NCBI GenBank assembly: GCA_035546535.1
Contig: DASZWQ010000098.1
Location: forward strand, 3,964-67,963
Reading direction: 5' to 3'
DNA from: Pirellulales bacterium
GTDB lineage: Bacteria > Planctomycetota > Planctomycetia > Pirellulales > JACPPG01
DNA length: 64,000 nt
How positions within the stretch are numbered: position 1 is the first letter of the stretch; each line of letters begins with the position of its first letter. Below the pieces are notes generated by a model. The model worked only from the letters and a program-made list of their open reading frames with translations. It did no database searches and was not told where the DNA came from. Shown one piece after another: positions 1-9,700 of the stretch. A program made the position numbers and the translations under genes.

Positions 1-264
1 GGATGCGATCACGGAACTGGCGCCGAGCAGACGGCTCGCGACCTGCTCCCCTGGGCCGATCCGTTCATCGCGCAACTGGTTGATCGGTACCGTTTACGTG
101 CGGCGCTCGACGATTCCCTGCGATTCCTCGAAAGTGAATCGAGCCACCAGATATCGAGCGAGAATCCGTTGCCCGCCAATCGCTCGGCAAGGTTCAGGAC
201 ATCTCACGGCGAGCGGTTCGGGCTGCTGTTCGACGGTCCGCATCCATGGCCCCATGAAGGCTAG
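1..264 (+). CDS. 3' end of an unidentified CDS entering from upstream (partial)
   Basis: Frame 1 is open from base 1 to TAG 262..264 (87 codons, ..DLLPWADPFIAQLVDRYRLRAALDDSLRFLE..). It is absent from the ORF track only because it has no start in the window. No family recognised. Confidence 0.3.
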   Translation, partial: GCDHGTGAEQTARDLLPWADPFIAQLVDRYRLRAALDDSLRFLESESSHQISSENPLPANRSARFRTSHGERFGLLFDGPHPWPHEG

Positions 265-486
265 CAGCCTGTTGAAGAACTCAACGGGCTGCGACATCGC
301 GGGGATGCGATGGCAAAATATCGACGTAAGTCGTTATTTTTCGAGCCGTGCGAAGCTTTGCTTCGCACTTGGCGAGGTTGAAAAAAGCCACGAGGGCTTT
401 TTTCAACAGGCTGCTAGGCGACGCGGACTCTCGGCCGAGGATTCTTGCGCGCTGTCTTCCCGATGACGGGCGCCATCAAAGGTTCT

Positions 487-1926
487 CTAGGCGGTACGGC
501 TGCCCACGGCCGGCAAAGCAAACGGTCGCCGCCTGACTTCCGTTCCAATCTCGGCCGCGATGAAGAACGAGCCCGTGACGCACAGCAGGTGATCCTGGCC
601 GACGATTCCGCGGGCGACCTCCCACGCCGCGGCTGGGTCGGTACAGGGGCGGCAGCGGGCCGCTTCCCCGAATTCCGCGGCAATTTCCAAGAGCGCCTCG
701 ACCGGCACTCCGCGCGGATTGTTCTGATAGCGGGTGAGCAGCACCTGGTCGAACCGCGGCAAGAGCAAGGCCATCATCTCGCGGACGCTTTTGTCTTGGG
801 TCGTAGCGAAGATCAGGACACGCCGGCGTGGCGAAAAGCTCTCGTCGAGCGTCTCGAGCAGGGCCGCGATCGAGGCCTCGTTGTGCGCGGCATCCAGAAT
901 CACGGTTGGTTGTCGGGAGACGACCTCCACGCGCGCTGGCGAGTGCGCCGTGGCGAGCCCTGTGCGAATGGCTTGCTCGTCGATGTTCCAGCCGCGCTGC
1001 CGCAGTTGGCTGATCGTGGCCAGAGCCACCGCAGCATTCGCTGCTTGATGTCGGCCGAGCATGCCCAGTTGCAAGTTTTGGTACGAACCGCCGGGTTCGA
1101 CGTGATCGACAAAGTCGAGGCGGCTAAATCCCCGGTGATGATCGACCAGGTGCGGCGGGTGGTATTGGAATGCGAACTCACGCCCCAGGCGTACGAGCGG
1201 GCTTCCGCGCTCAGCACAGACGCGCTCGATCACCGCAAGCGGCTCCGCTTGCGATACGCCGGTGATAACCGGCACGCGCGGCTTGACGATGCCCGCCTTC
1301 TCGTAGGCGATCTCGGCCAGCGTATTGCCGAGCTGTCGCATGTGGTCGAAGCTGATGCTCGTGATGACCGACACCTCGGGCAGGCAGACATTGGTCGAAT
1401 CGAGCCGGCCCCCCAGGCCCACTTCCAGCACCGCCGCCTGGGTGCGCCTTTGGGCGAAGTACAAAAGGGCCATCACGGTGGTGAGCTCGAAATAGGTCGG
1501 CCCGCATTCTTCTTGATGCTGTGCAGCTTCGCGGTCCATGCTGTCGACGACGGGGCGCAGCTGTTCCACGAGTGCCACGAGCTCATCGGGTGAGCAGCTT
1601 TGCCCGTCGACGGCGATTCGCTCTTCTAAATTCACCAGGTGCGGTGAGGTAAAGAGCCCCGTTCGCTGACCAGCGGCGGTGAGGATGGCCGCGATCATGG
1701 TCGACGTCGAACCCTTTCCCTTGGTGCCGGCCACGTGGACGATGGGGAGGCTGTGGTGTGGGTTTCCCATGGCGGCCAACAGCTGGTGCATGCGCTCGAG
1801 CTTGAACTGTCGCGCCCCGTAGGTAACGGCGGGGGCGCGCTCGTAGTCGATCCGGCCGAACAGATAGGCCGTGGCTCGTTGGTACGCAGTGGCGGTCACA
1901 AGGTGTTCCCGGCAAGAAAACTTCAA
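487..1926 (-). CDS. folC: Folylpolyglutamate synthase / dihydrofolate synthase (Mur ligase family)
   Basis: 479 aa with the Mur-ligase P-loop VHVAGTKGKGSTSTMIAAIL and a FolC-like N-terminus (GARQFKLERMHQLLAAMGNP). The antisense ORF 445..1593 is judged a shadow ORF. Confidence 0.85.
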   Translation of the reverse strand: MKFSCREHLVTATAYQRATAYLFGRIDYERAPAVTYGARQFKLERMHQLLAAMGNPHHSLPIVHVAGTKGKGSTSTMIAAILTAAGQRTGLFTSPHLVNLEERIAVDGQSCSPDELVALVEQLRPVVDSMDREAAQHQEECGPTYFELTTVMALLYFAQRRTQAAVLEVGLGGRLDSTNVCLPEVSVITSISFDHMRQLGNTLAEIAYEKAGIVKPRVPVITGVSQAEPLAVIERVCAERGSPLVRLGREFAFQYHPPHLVDHHRGFSRLDFVDHVEPGGSYQNLQLGMLGRHQAANAAVALATISQLRQRGWNIDEQAIRTGLATAHSPARVEVVSRQPTVILDAAHNEASIAALLETLDESFSPRRRVLIFATTQDKSVREMMALLLPRFDQVLLTRYQNNPRGVPVEALLEIAAEFGEAARCRPCTDPAAAWEVARGIVGQDHLLCVTGSFFIAAEIGTEVRRRPFALPAVGSRTA

Positions 1927-2264
1927 TGGCTGCTCGCAACCCCTGGCGGCCGCGGCGGCGGCATGGTGGGGGCCGTGATATCAGTGATCTTGAAGTTTAG
2001 CGGCAACGAGTGCGCCTGCGTACTACGGCGCGGCAAGCGACATCTTTCGACGCCAATTGCGGCCGTTTCAGGCGATGGCGCACGCAGGAGGGCCGCAAGG
2101 ATGCGGGATCCTTGCGGCCCTGGAAAGCGGTGAGGATCGCGGCGGGAGTTTGGAGGGAACCAATGAGGGGACGCGTCGCGGCGCCCTGCGAACCGCCAGG
2201 TCTGGCGGCTTCCTGGAGGGGATTGCTCCTCCGGCGCGTTCGGGCGCTAAGGGCGACGGCAGTA

Positions 2265-2450
2265 TCAGGGGGCCGAGCCGACGAGCGCCTCCTGGCGCAC
2301 CGACCGGCATAGGCGACGGAACTCGCTGAGATCTCGCTCAATGGCCCGCCCGAGGTAAGACCTCGTGGCGCCCACCGCGTTTTGCCATTGGTCGTTCGAT
2401 TGTTCGAGACGGCCGAGCAATTCCCTCATCCACTGAAATTTTTGATCCAT
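2265..2450 (-). CDS. Small hypothetical protein (61 aa)
   Basis: Internal ATG (MDQKFQWMRELLGRLEQSNDQW..) of track ORF 2265..2756. Helical-looking sequence with no recognised family. The upstream part of the ORF is Arg/Ser-rich and unlikely to be coding. Confidence 0.25.
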   Translation of the reverse strand: MDQKFQWMRELLGRLEQSNDQWQNAVGATRSYLGRAIERDLSEFRRLCRSVRQEALVGSAP

Positions 2451-2767
2451 GTTCCGGCCTCTATCCCTGTTGGACCAGGTACGTGTCCCGTCGGAGAGCC
2501 TGTAAAGCATCCGGCGTGCCAGATGGAGGGCGAACCTAGGCCGCTGTCCATTAGAAATGGCGTAAAGCTCAAGAAAATAGAGAGTTATACGCCGCCGATC
2601 CGATGACTTGCGACCCACGTGGCCTGCCACGCGGGCGTGTAAATTCGACAAACCGCGGGACGGGTGCCGGCAAGAGATGCTGGCGTGGATATCTGGGGCG
2701 CGGGCCGACGTGAGCCGCGCAAGGGGTAGCAAACGCCCTGCCGCCGCGCTCTGCATCGTGCAATAAG

Positions 2768-3814
2768 CTACTGCGTCAGCGTGTTCGGCTCGGCGCCCGA
2801 ACGCGTCGAAACCGCCTGCCAGACGGCCCGATCGACGTTGTTAGTAACCGCACGTACGGAGCCGTCCATCAAGGCCACGTTGACCAGGCCTGGATGGTAG
2901 CTGCGTGCGGTCACGGCGGCGTAAGTTGGCGCCGTCGTCGAACTGGCTTCGGTCACACCGATGAAATCGATGTCGTAGTTGGCGCCGTTGTACGAGTACA
3001 TGACGGGCGTGTTGGGCGTGAAAAGGGTCGTCACGCCGGTCTGGTTGACCTTGCCGTCACCCCACTCGGTATGCCCCTTGTTATCGGTCGTGTTCGGTCC
3101 GAGCTTGGCCGTGCCCCCCAAGGCGATGACGTCGGCCGGCAGATTGGGCGGTGTGGCCGTGGCGTTCGTCGAGCCGCTAAGGCTAGCGGTCCACGCCTTT
3201 ACTTCCATGGCGTAGAAGGTGTTGCTCAATCCGTCGGTGAAGTCGGCCACGCGCAAGCGGCTGTTGGTGTAGAACGACCCCTGCGGAACCGTTCGCCGGG
3301 TCGGATCGAACACCAACCAGGGGCCAAGGTTCACGCCGTACGTGCCAGGGTACGAATTCAGCGAGCCGTCAGCATTCAGCTTGGCCATGTCGTTGATTTC
3401 AGACGGACAGACGTACGCCGGAATGCGTAGTCCCATGATCGGCGTGCCGTCGGGCAAAGCCTGGTCCTCGGTGCTCGCCGCCGTATAGGCCGATCCCAGC
3501 GCCGACTGTTCGAGGTACGGCAGCAGACGCGACCATACCGAGATGTCGTTGGTTTTGTCGTTGGCGACGCCATTCCAAAAGGACATGGGCGGATATACGC
3601 CCGAGCTTGACTCGTAATTGTGTAGCGCCAGCCCCAATTGCTTAAGATTATTGATGCACTGGCTACGGCGCGCGGCCTCGCGGGCGGCTTGCACGGCCGG
3701 CAGCAACAGGCCGATGAGGATCCCGATTATCGCGATCACGACCAGCAGTTCGACCAGCGTGAAACCATGGAGGGACTTTGGATTGCGGGTCCGCGGGGCA
3801 AGGTAACGAGCCAT
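2768..3814 (-). CDS. DUF1559 protein with prepilin-type N-terminal cleavage/methylation domain
   Basis: [52 protein letters not shown] is the classic planctomycete DUF1559 N-terminus. Start moved to ATG 3814 (MARYLAPR..). Confidence 0.85.
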   Translation of the reverse strand: MARYLAPRTRNPKSLHGFTLVELLVVIAIIGILIGLLLPAVQAAREAARRSQCINNLKQLGLALHNYESSSGVYPPMSFWNGVANDKTNDISVWSRLLPYLEQSALGSAYTAASTEDQALPDGTPIMGLRIPAYVCPSEINDMAKLNADGSLNSYPGTYGVNLGPWLVFDPTRRTVPQGSFYTNSRLRVADFTDGLSNTFYAMEVKAWTASLSGSTNATATPPNLPADVIALGGTAKLGPNTTDNKGHTEWGDGKVNQTGVTTLFTPNTPVMYSYNGANYDIDFIGVTEASSTTAPTYAAVTARSYHPGLVNVALMDGSVRAVTNNVDRAVWQAVSTRSGAEPNTLTQ

Positions 3815-4080
3815 TAGAAGAGTCCCGAGCTTTTGGAGGGAGGGAGCGGGCAAGGATTCGATATTGAGACTCAGTATCAACACGAGAGATTTTACTGGCG
3901 ATCCGAGTCTTGTCAATCGCCGGGAAGAAAAGAGTTAGCCAGCCACTCTGCCTTCCCGCGAGGGCAGCCAGGGCGCCGGTTCCGAGCCGGAAATCGAACC
4001 CGGGGGAAATGCGAGCAACGTCAGAAACGGACGTCGGAGGTCTGACGCAACTTCGCGTCACGCCATGAAGGCCCCGTCGC

Positions 4081-4116
4081 CAAACAAAAAACCCCGCGGA
4101 CGTCGGGTCCGCGGGG
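4081..4116 (-). terminator. Rho-independent terminator downstream of 4198..4938
   Basis: 9-bp GC stem 4092..4100 / 4108..4116 (CCCCGCGGA / TCCGCGGGG). On the minus strand it is followed by TTTTTTGTTTG (plus-strand A-run 4081..4091). Confidence 0.6.
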
Positions 4117-4197
4117 CTCAATCGATTGCTTGTAGGTCTTGGCCGGGCTGACCGGGCTGCTTCCCCGGAAGGCAGTTGCCGATCGACCCTGCCGTAT

Positions 4198-4938
4198 CTA
4201 GGCCTTGCGTTGACGCCAGTATCGAAGCGTCAGGCCGACAATACCAATCCCCATGAGCACCACGGTCGACGGTTCGGGGATGTGGCCCCCAGTTTCGTGG
4301 AACGTTTGCGTGATGAAGGACAGCATCGGCACGCTATTGGTGCCGTTGAAGGTCAATACATCCTTTTGCACAAACACGGTCGATTGGCCGGTGGCGAAAT
4401 TGCCGGTGTCGGTCAATTTCGTCGGACCCGGCACACCGTTGTTGAGGCTGGCGAAGATTGTCAGTTGGGGGGTTGGATTCGTCGGCAGGAACGTTTCCGT
4501 CACGCTGGCCACGCCGCTGGCTCCCGGTCCCATCGGAATCACCGACGGATTGCCAGCCAAAGCAGCGCTGGTGACTAACTTGTCCGGATCGTTTTCCGTC
4601 ACCTTGAAATCGATCAGCGCGTCCGAACCGCTGCTGCCGGGGAAATCCAGGAACGAGCCCTGAAATTTCAGGCCGATGTCGTTGGTGATCGGGTCGACGT
4701 AGGCGTCGACATTGACGCCCCCGGCACTGGGCATATCACCGGTGCCAAGATATGAGAAGTCACTGAACGTCAGTGATCCAATCGTGATCGACGGGTTAGC
4801 GCCGCCCGAATGGTCGATCAGGACCGAGAGGGTCGTGGGAGGAATGATAATGGGCGTCGCAAGTGCCTTGCCCGGCATGAATGCCCCAACCGCAAGCGCT
4901 AGAAAAGCGCTGCCACACAACACGGTTTTAATGTTCAT
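4198..4938 (-). CDS. PEP-CTERM sorting-domain secreted protein
   Basis: Signal peptide MNIKTVLCGSAFLALAVGAFMPGKALA. C-terminal IPEPSTVVLMGIGIVGLTLRYWRQRKA gives PEP motif + TM + basic tail. Start moved to ATG 4938. Confidence 0.8.
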   Translation of the reverse strand: MNIKTVLCGSAFLALAVGAFMPGKALATPIIIPPTTLSVLIDHSGGANPSITIGSLTFSDFSYLGTGDMPSAGGVNVDAYVDPITNDIGLKFQGSFLDFPGSSGSDALIDFKVTENDPDKLVTSAALAGNPSVIPMGPGASGVASVTETFLPTNPTPQLTIFASLNNGVPGPTKLTDTGNFATGQSTVFVQKDVLTFNGTNSVPMLSFITQTFHETGGHIPEPSTVVLMGIGIVGLTLRYWRQRKA

Positions 4939-5051
4939 TTGCGCCTCAGGTGTCTTCCGGGGTGTCAAGTCGTTAGCTTTTTCCAGTTATGCGAATCATT
5001 GCATTTGCGCACGCAGAGCTGTCGCGGGAGGTTCTTGGGCCTGCGACAACA

Positions 5052-5226
5052 TCTCGGCGATCAGGCCTTCGTCCGGTTGCGCGAATGACATGGGCGCGCA
5101 ACAACTCACGAACGACTGATCACAGGGACGTTGCAGATGAGAACCCAGGAGGAACCGGATCGGCTCAACTCGCTGAAAATGAATTGTCGGGTTCTCGGTT
5201 CAGATCATTAGCGTTGCCAGCTCAGA
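5052..5226. repeat. Copy 1 of a diverged ~165-nt direct repeat in a non-coding gap (candidate structured RNA)
   Basis: Aligns with 5325..5487 through shared blocks TCTCGG-GATCAGG-CTTCG, CTGATCAC-GGGACG, CCAGGAGGAACC, GCTCAACTC. Internal 8-bp stem 5139..5146 / 5189..5196. Confidence 0.6.
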
Positions 5227-5324
5227 CCGGGGAATGTTCGCGTTGGCTTTACCTTGTGTGTAAGAGCTCGCCCTGACGAGACACTCGTCCCGCAACAGCC
5301 ATCTTCGAAGGCATGTTGGCGACG

Positions 5325-5487
5325 TCTCGGAGATCAGGTCTTCGCCTTTCTGGGCCCGCCAAAGCGCGAACCAACGGAAAAAAGCTGATCACGGGGACGA
5401 TGCCAAGCGAAATCCAAGAGGAGCCTGTGCTCAACTCAATTGATTGTAGATTTCGCGGTCCAAATCACTGGCGTCGCCGTCTCAGGA
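5325..5487. repeat. Copy 2 of the diverged direct repeat (candidate structured RNA)
   Basis: Same block order as copy 1. An 8-bp stem at the equivalent position has a different sequence (5407..5414 GCGAAATC / 5449..5456 GATTTCGC). Confidence 0.6.
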
Positions 5488-5900
5488 GCTTCAGAAGGTG
5501 AGGGCACCGAGGCCCATTGCACCACCGCATGATGACCGATCGAGGCGGCTAATGCAACTAGATTCTCAAAATAATTTGGAAGTTCTTCCAGCAGCCACGG
5601 AATTCCCGGAAGTCATCGTCCCCACTGGCCCCCTAGGTCGAGGCGATTGTCGATCGGCCGGGCTACCATCCTGCGGGCCGGCTTGAGGGATCGACGGCTT
5701 ATCCCCTCCCATTAGTTTGGTTGACCCTCGTTTTGCCTGCATGCTATAAGTAAAGGTGAGCGGACAGTTTACGTTTTTTATCGCCAAGGCCGGCGAATCC
5801 GCATAACTGGCAGAGTTTCTTGCCGGTCGCGGGTGGGGTGGGGCCCCGACCAGGCATAGCTCCCCGTTTTCCGGCCTAGCAGACAGCCCATAATCCCGGC

Positions 5901-6587
5901 GTGCCCATGGCCCTCGTGACGATTCGGATCCTGGACGGTGCCGACCGGGGGCGTCTGTACGACCAAATCGCCACGCCGATCACGATTGGTCGTGAGGAGG
6001 GCAACGACATCCAACTCGCCGACGAGCGCGTCAGCCGCTTCCATCTGAAGATCCAAGAGGACCAGGACAAGGTCGTCCTGACGGATCTCGACAGCACCAA
6101 CGGCACCAAAGTCAATGGCGACGACACGCATCTGCGCATCCTTCGCTATGGCGATATGATCACCGTTGGGCGTTCTGTGCTCTTGTACGGATCGCAGGAA
6201 CAAATCGCGCGACGCCTGGCCAATCTGCGTGAAGCCGAGCCCACGAATCTGGGCACGGTCGGCGGCAATATCGACGACGAGGAAGGCGCGGATGCCAGCC
6301 TCGACTTCGAGCTCGGCTGGAGCGGCGCAACCGGCTCGCAAGCGATCCTGCACCGATTATCTCCGCCCGAGCTGCCTGAGCGTTTGGGGCCTTGCCAGGC
6401 GGCGCAGCTCTCGGAATTGCTCGAATACCTGCACGTGCGCATTCGCTCGCTGCTCGAGTCGGTGAAGGTCGACGAGAAAAAAGAGCGTATCACGCTCGAC
6501 GAGCGGCAGTGGCAGAATCTGCTCGACTTGCAGTCGCGCTTGGCCACGTATCTACGGTCGATCGGCCGGCCCCAAGAGGAAGAGTAG
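5901..6587 (+). CDS. FHA domain-containing protein
   Basis: N-terminal FHA pattern: ITIGREEGNDIQLADERVSRFHLKIQEDQDKVVLTDLDSTNGTKVNGD. Confidence 0.8.
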   Translation: MPMALVTIRILDGADRGRLYDQIATPITIGREEGNDIQLADERVSRFHLKIQEDQDKVVLTDLDSTNGTKVNGDDTHLRILRYGDMITVGRSVLLYGSQEQIARRLANLREAEPTNLGTVGGNIDDEEGADASLDFELGWSGATGSQAILHRLSPPELPERLGPCQAAQLSELLEYLHVRIRSLLESVKVDEKKERITLDERQWQNLLDLQSRLATYLRSIGRPQEEE

Positions 6588-6764
6588 CCGCCGGCTGTCG
6601 ACCCTCGGCCCGTCTTTGCTAGAATTGCTAGCGCCACGAAGTTTCGCGCGCAGCCGGTTCATCTGCAGGGCTGCCGGCATTTGTCTGGGGCCAAAAAATC
6701 GCAAGTGCTCGCCTGCTTGCGGTCACATGCCCGAACGGATTCTTTTCTGCCCGAGGGACCGAGT

Positions 6765-9700
6765 ATGACGAGCGGCCGCTTCGTTCATCTGCACTGCCAT
6801 AGTCATTACAGCCTGCTGGACGGCGCCAGCCCCATCGACGGCCTGATCGCCAAGGCCAAGAACCAGGGAATGAACGCCCTGGCGCTGACGGACCATGGCA
6901 ATCTGTACGGCGCACTGGAATTCTATGAAGCGGCCAAGGCCGAAGGCATCAATCCGATCATCGGCTACGAGGCGTACATAGCGCCGGGCAGCCGCTTTCA
7001 AAAGGACGTGGATGCCAATCAAGAAGCCAGCTATCACCTCACGCTGTTGGCCCAGAACCGCACGGGCTTTCAGAACCTGGTGAAGCTCGCCTCGAGCGCC
7101 TTTCTCGAAGGGTTCTACCGCAAGCCGCGCATCGACAAGGAACTGCTCGCGGCCCACAGCGAGGGGCTGATCTGCCTCAGCGGCTGCGTGTCGGGCGAGT
7201 TGAGCCGGTCGCTTTTGCGCGGTTCGGCGGCCGAGCCCGATTGGAACGAGATCGAAAAAATCATTACCTGGTTCAGCCAGACGTTCGGCGATCGCTACTT
7301 CCTCGAGATTCAGAACAACGGCCTCGAGATCCAGCGGATGGCGCTCGAAGGCACGGTGCGCGTGGCCCAGCGAATGGGCCTGCCGCTGGTGGCCACCAGC
7401 GACGCCCACTACGTGAACCGCGAGGACGCCGAAGCGCAGGACGTCCTCCTGTGCATTAACACGGGCCGCTTCCGCACCGACGTCAATCGCATGCGGATGG
7501 AAGGAAACGAGTTCTTCTTGCGTGGGCCGGAGGAAATGTATCAGGCATTTCCGGGTCTCGAAGATGCGGTGGCGCGCAGCCAGGAAATCGCCGACTCGGT
7601 GTCGATCGACCTGGAATTGGGCAAGCGGCATTTCCCCACGTTCGATGTTCCCACGGAAAAGACGTCGACCGAGTACCTGCGCGAGCTGTGCTTGACGGGG
7701 TTGCGCGAGCGATACGCCAACCAGCCCGATTTTCTGGCCGATGGCGTGCTGGCGCCGGTGGTGCTCGATCGTTTGGAACGCGAGCTGGACGTGATCGACA
7801 AGCTCGGCTTTCCGAACTATTTCCTCATCGTGTGGGATTTCGTGCGATTCGCCCGCGAACGCGGTATTCCGGCCACGGCCCGTGGGTCGGGCGTGGGGTC
7901 GCTCGTGGCGTTTGCGCTGCACCTGAGCCACGTTTGCCCTCTGAAATACGACTTGCTGTTCGAGCGGTTCCTCGACATCAGCCGCCGTGAGGCGCCCGAT
8001 ATCGATATCGATTTCTGCAAGGATCGCCGCAGCGAAGTCATCGGCTACGTCAAGGAGCGCTACGGCGCCGAAAACGTCGCGCAGATCGGCACGTTCGGCA
8101 CGCTGGCGGCTCGGGCCGCCATCCGCGACGTGGGGCGTGCGCTGGGGCTCACGGTCGCGCGGGTCGATTCGATCGTGGCCCTCGTGCCCGAGACGTTGGG
8201 TATCAGCATCGAAGAGGCCCTCGAGGCCAGCGAAGACCTGCGCCGTGCCTACGACAACGATGGCGAAGTGCGCGAGCTCTTGGACCTGGCGATGAAGATC
8301 GAGGGCCTGGCCCGCAACGTCGGCACGCACGCCGCCGCGGTCGTCATCGCCGATCGACCATTGAACGAATACGTGCCGCTGCAGCGCGTGCAGGGCAAGG
8401 AAGAAGTCATCACCCAATGGGCCATGGGGGACGTGGAGCGCGCCGGCCTCTTGAAGATGGACTTCCTCGGCCTGCGCAACTTGACGATTCTCAGTAAGGC
8501 GGTCGACCTGATTCGCGCCACCACGGGGCGCGAGGTCGATCCCTACAAGTTCCCACTCGACGATCCCGAGACGTTCAAGCTCCTTTGCCGCGGCGAGACC
8601 AAAGGTATTTTCCAGCTCGAAAGCGGTGGCATTCGCGACCTGCTGCAGCGTATGAAGCCCGACCATTTCCGCGACATCATCGCCACCAACGCGCTGTACC
8701 GTCCCGGCCCGCTCGAAGGAGGCATGGTCGACGACTACATCCAGGTCAAGCATCGGCGCAAGCAGGCCGAGTACAAGCACCCGGTGATGAAAGACATCCT
8801 GGAAGAGACCCACGGCGTGATGGTCTACCAGGAACAAGTGATGCGGATTTTGAATCGGCTGGGCGGCATCGAGCTGTCGAACGCCTACAGCTGCATCAAG
8901 GCGATCAGCAAGAAGAAGCTGCCGATGATCGCCAAGTTCCGCGAACAATTCGTCAACGGCGCCGTCGAGCAGGGGCTCAAGGAGCGTGAGGCCGAGGAAT
9001 TGTTCGGCATGATCGAGAAGTTCGCCGGCTACGGCTTCAACAAGAGCCACTCGACGGCCTACGCCTTGATCGCCTACATGACGGCCTACCTCAAAGCCCA
9101 CTTCTCGGTCGAGTTCATGGCCGCGCTCCTCTCGGGCGATATCCAGGGACGCAATTTCAAGAAGAAAGATTCGCTCGTCGAGCATCTGGAAGACTGCCGG
9201 CGCATGAACATCACCGTTGTCTCGCCGGACGTGAACCGCTGCGGCGGCGACTTCGGCGTCGAGAACGGACAGATCCTGTTCGGGCTGGCCGCGATCAAAG
9301 GATGCGGCATGCAAGCGGCCGATGCGATTTATGCCGAGCGGCGCGCGCGCGGTCCGTTCCGTGATTTGTTTGATTTCTGCGAACGGCTCGACCCAGCCCA
9401 CGTCAATCGCGGCGCGATCGAATCGCTGGTCAAGGCGGGCGCCTTCGACTTCACCGGCGCGCGGCGGTCGCAAAACATGGCGGCCATCGAGCGGGCTCTG
9501 CAATCGGGCGCGTCGGCGCTGGCCGACCGGCGCTCGGGCCAGAAGGGGCTATTCGGCGACGAGGACGAGCCATCCGCGCCGGCCGCGGCCAGCCTGCCCG
9601 ATCTGCCGGAATGGCCAGAGCGCGAGCGACTATCCGCCGAGAAGGAAGTACTCGGTTTTTATCTTTCCAGCCATCCGCTCGACGAACACGCGGAGACGCT

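Noticed and set aside
348-403. Two hairpins (348..368 GTGCGAAG/CTTCGCAC; 381..403 AAAAAAGCC/GGCTTTTTT) between the partial 5' CDS and folC, considered as terminators
   Set aside because: The first hairpin lacks a T-run on either strand. The second is an A/T-dominated stem with only three GC pairs. They may act as a weak bidirectional terminator, but the evidence is too thin to list as a feature.
6723-9503. A 926-aa ORF on the minus strand, the second-longest ORF in the window
   Set aside because: It lies entirely antisense to dnaE, whose translation has unmistakable Pol III alpha motifs. The antisense product is Arg/Ala/Gly/Val-rich and low in complexity, as expected for shadow ORFs in high-GC DNA. 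The same reasoning applies to 445..1593(+), 12404..13561(+), 14155..15024(-), 15086..16039(-), 41757..43202(+), 49377..50858(+), 51478..52389(-), 56963..57949(+) and 60261..61850(-).
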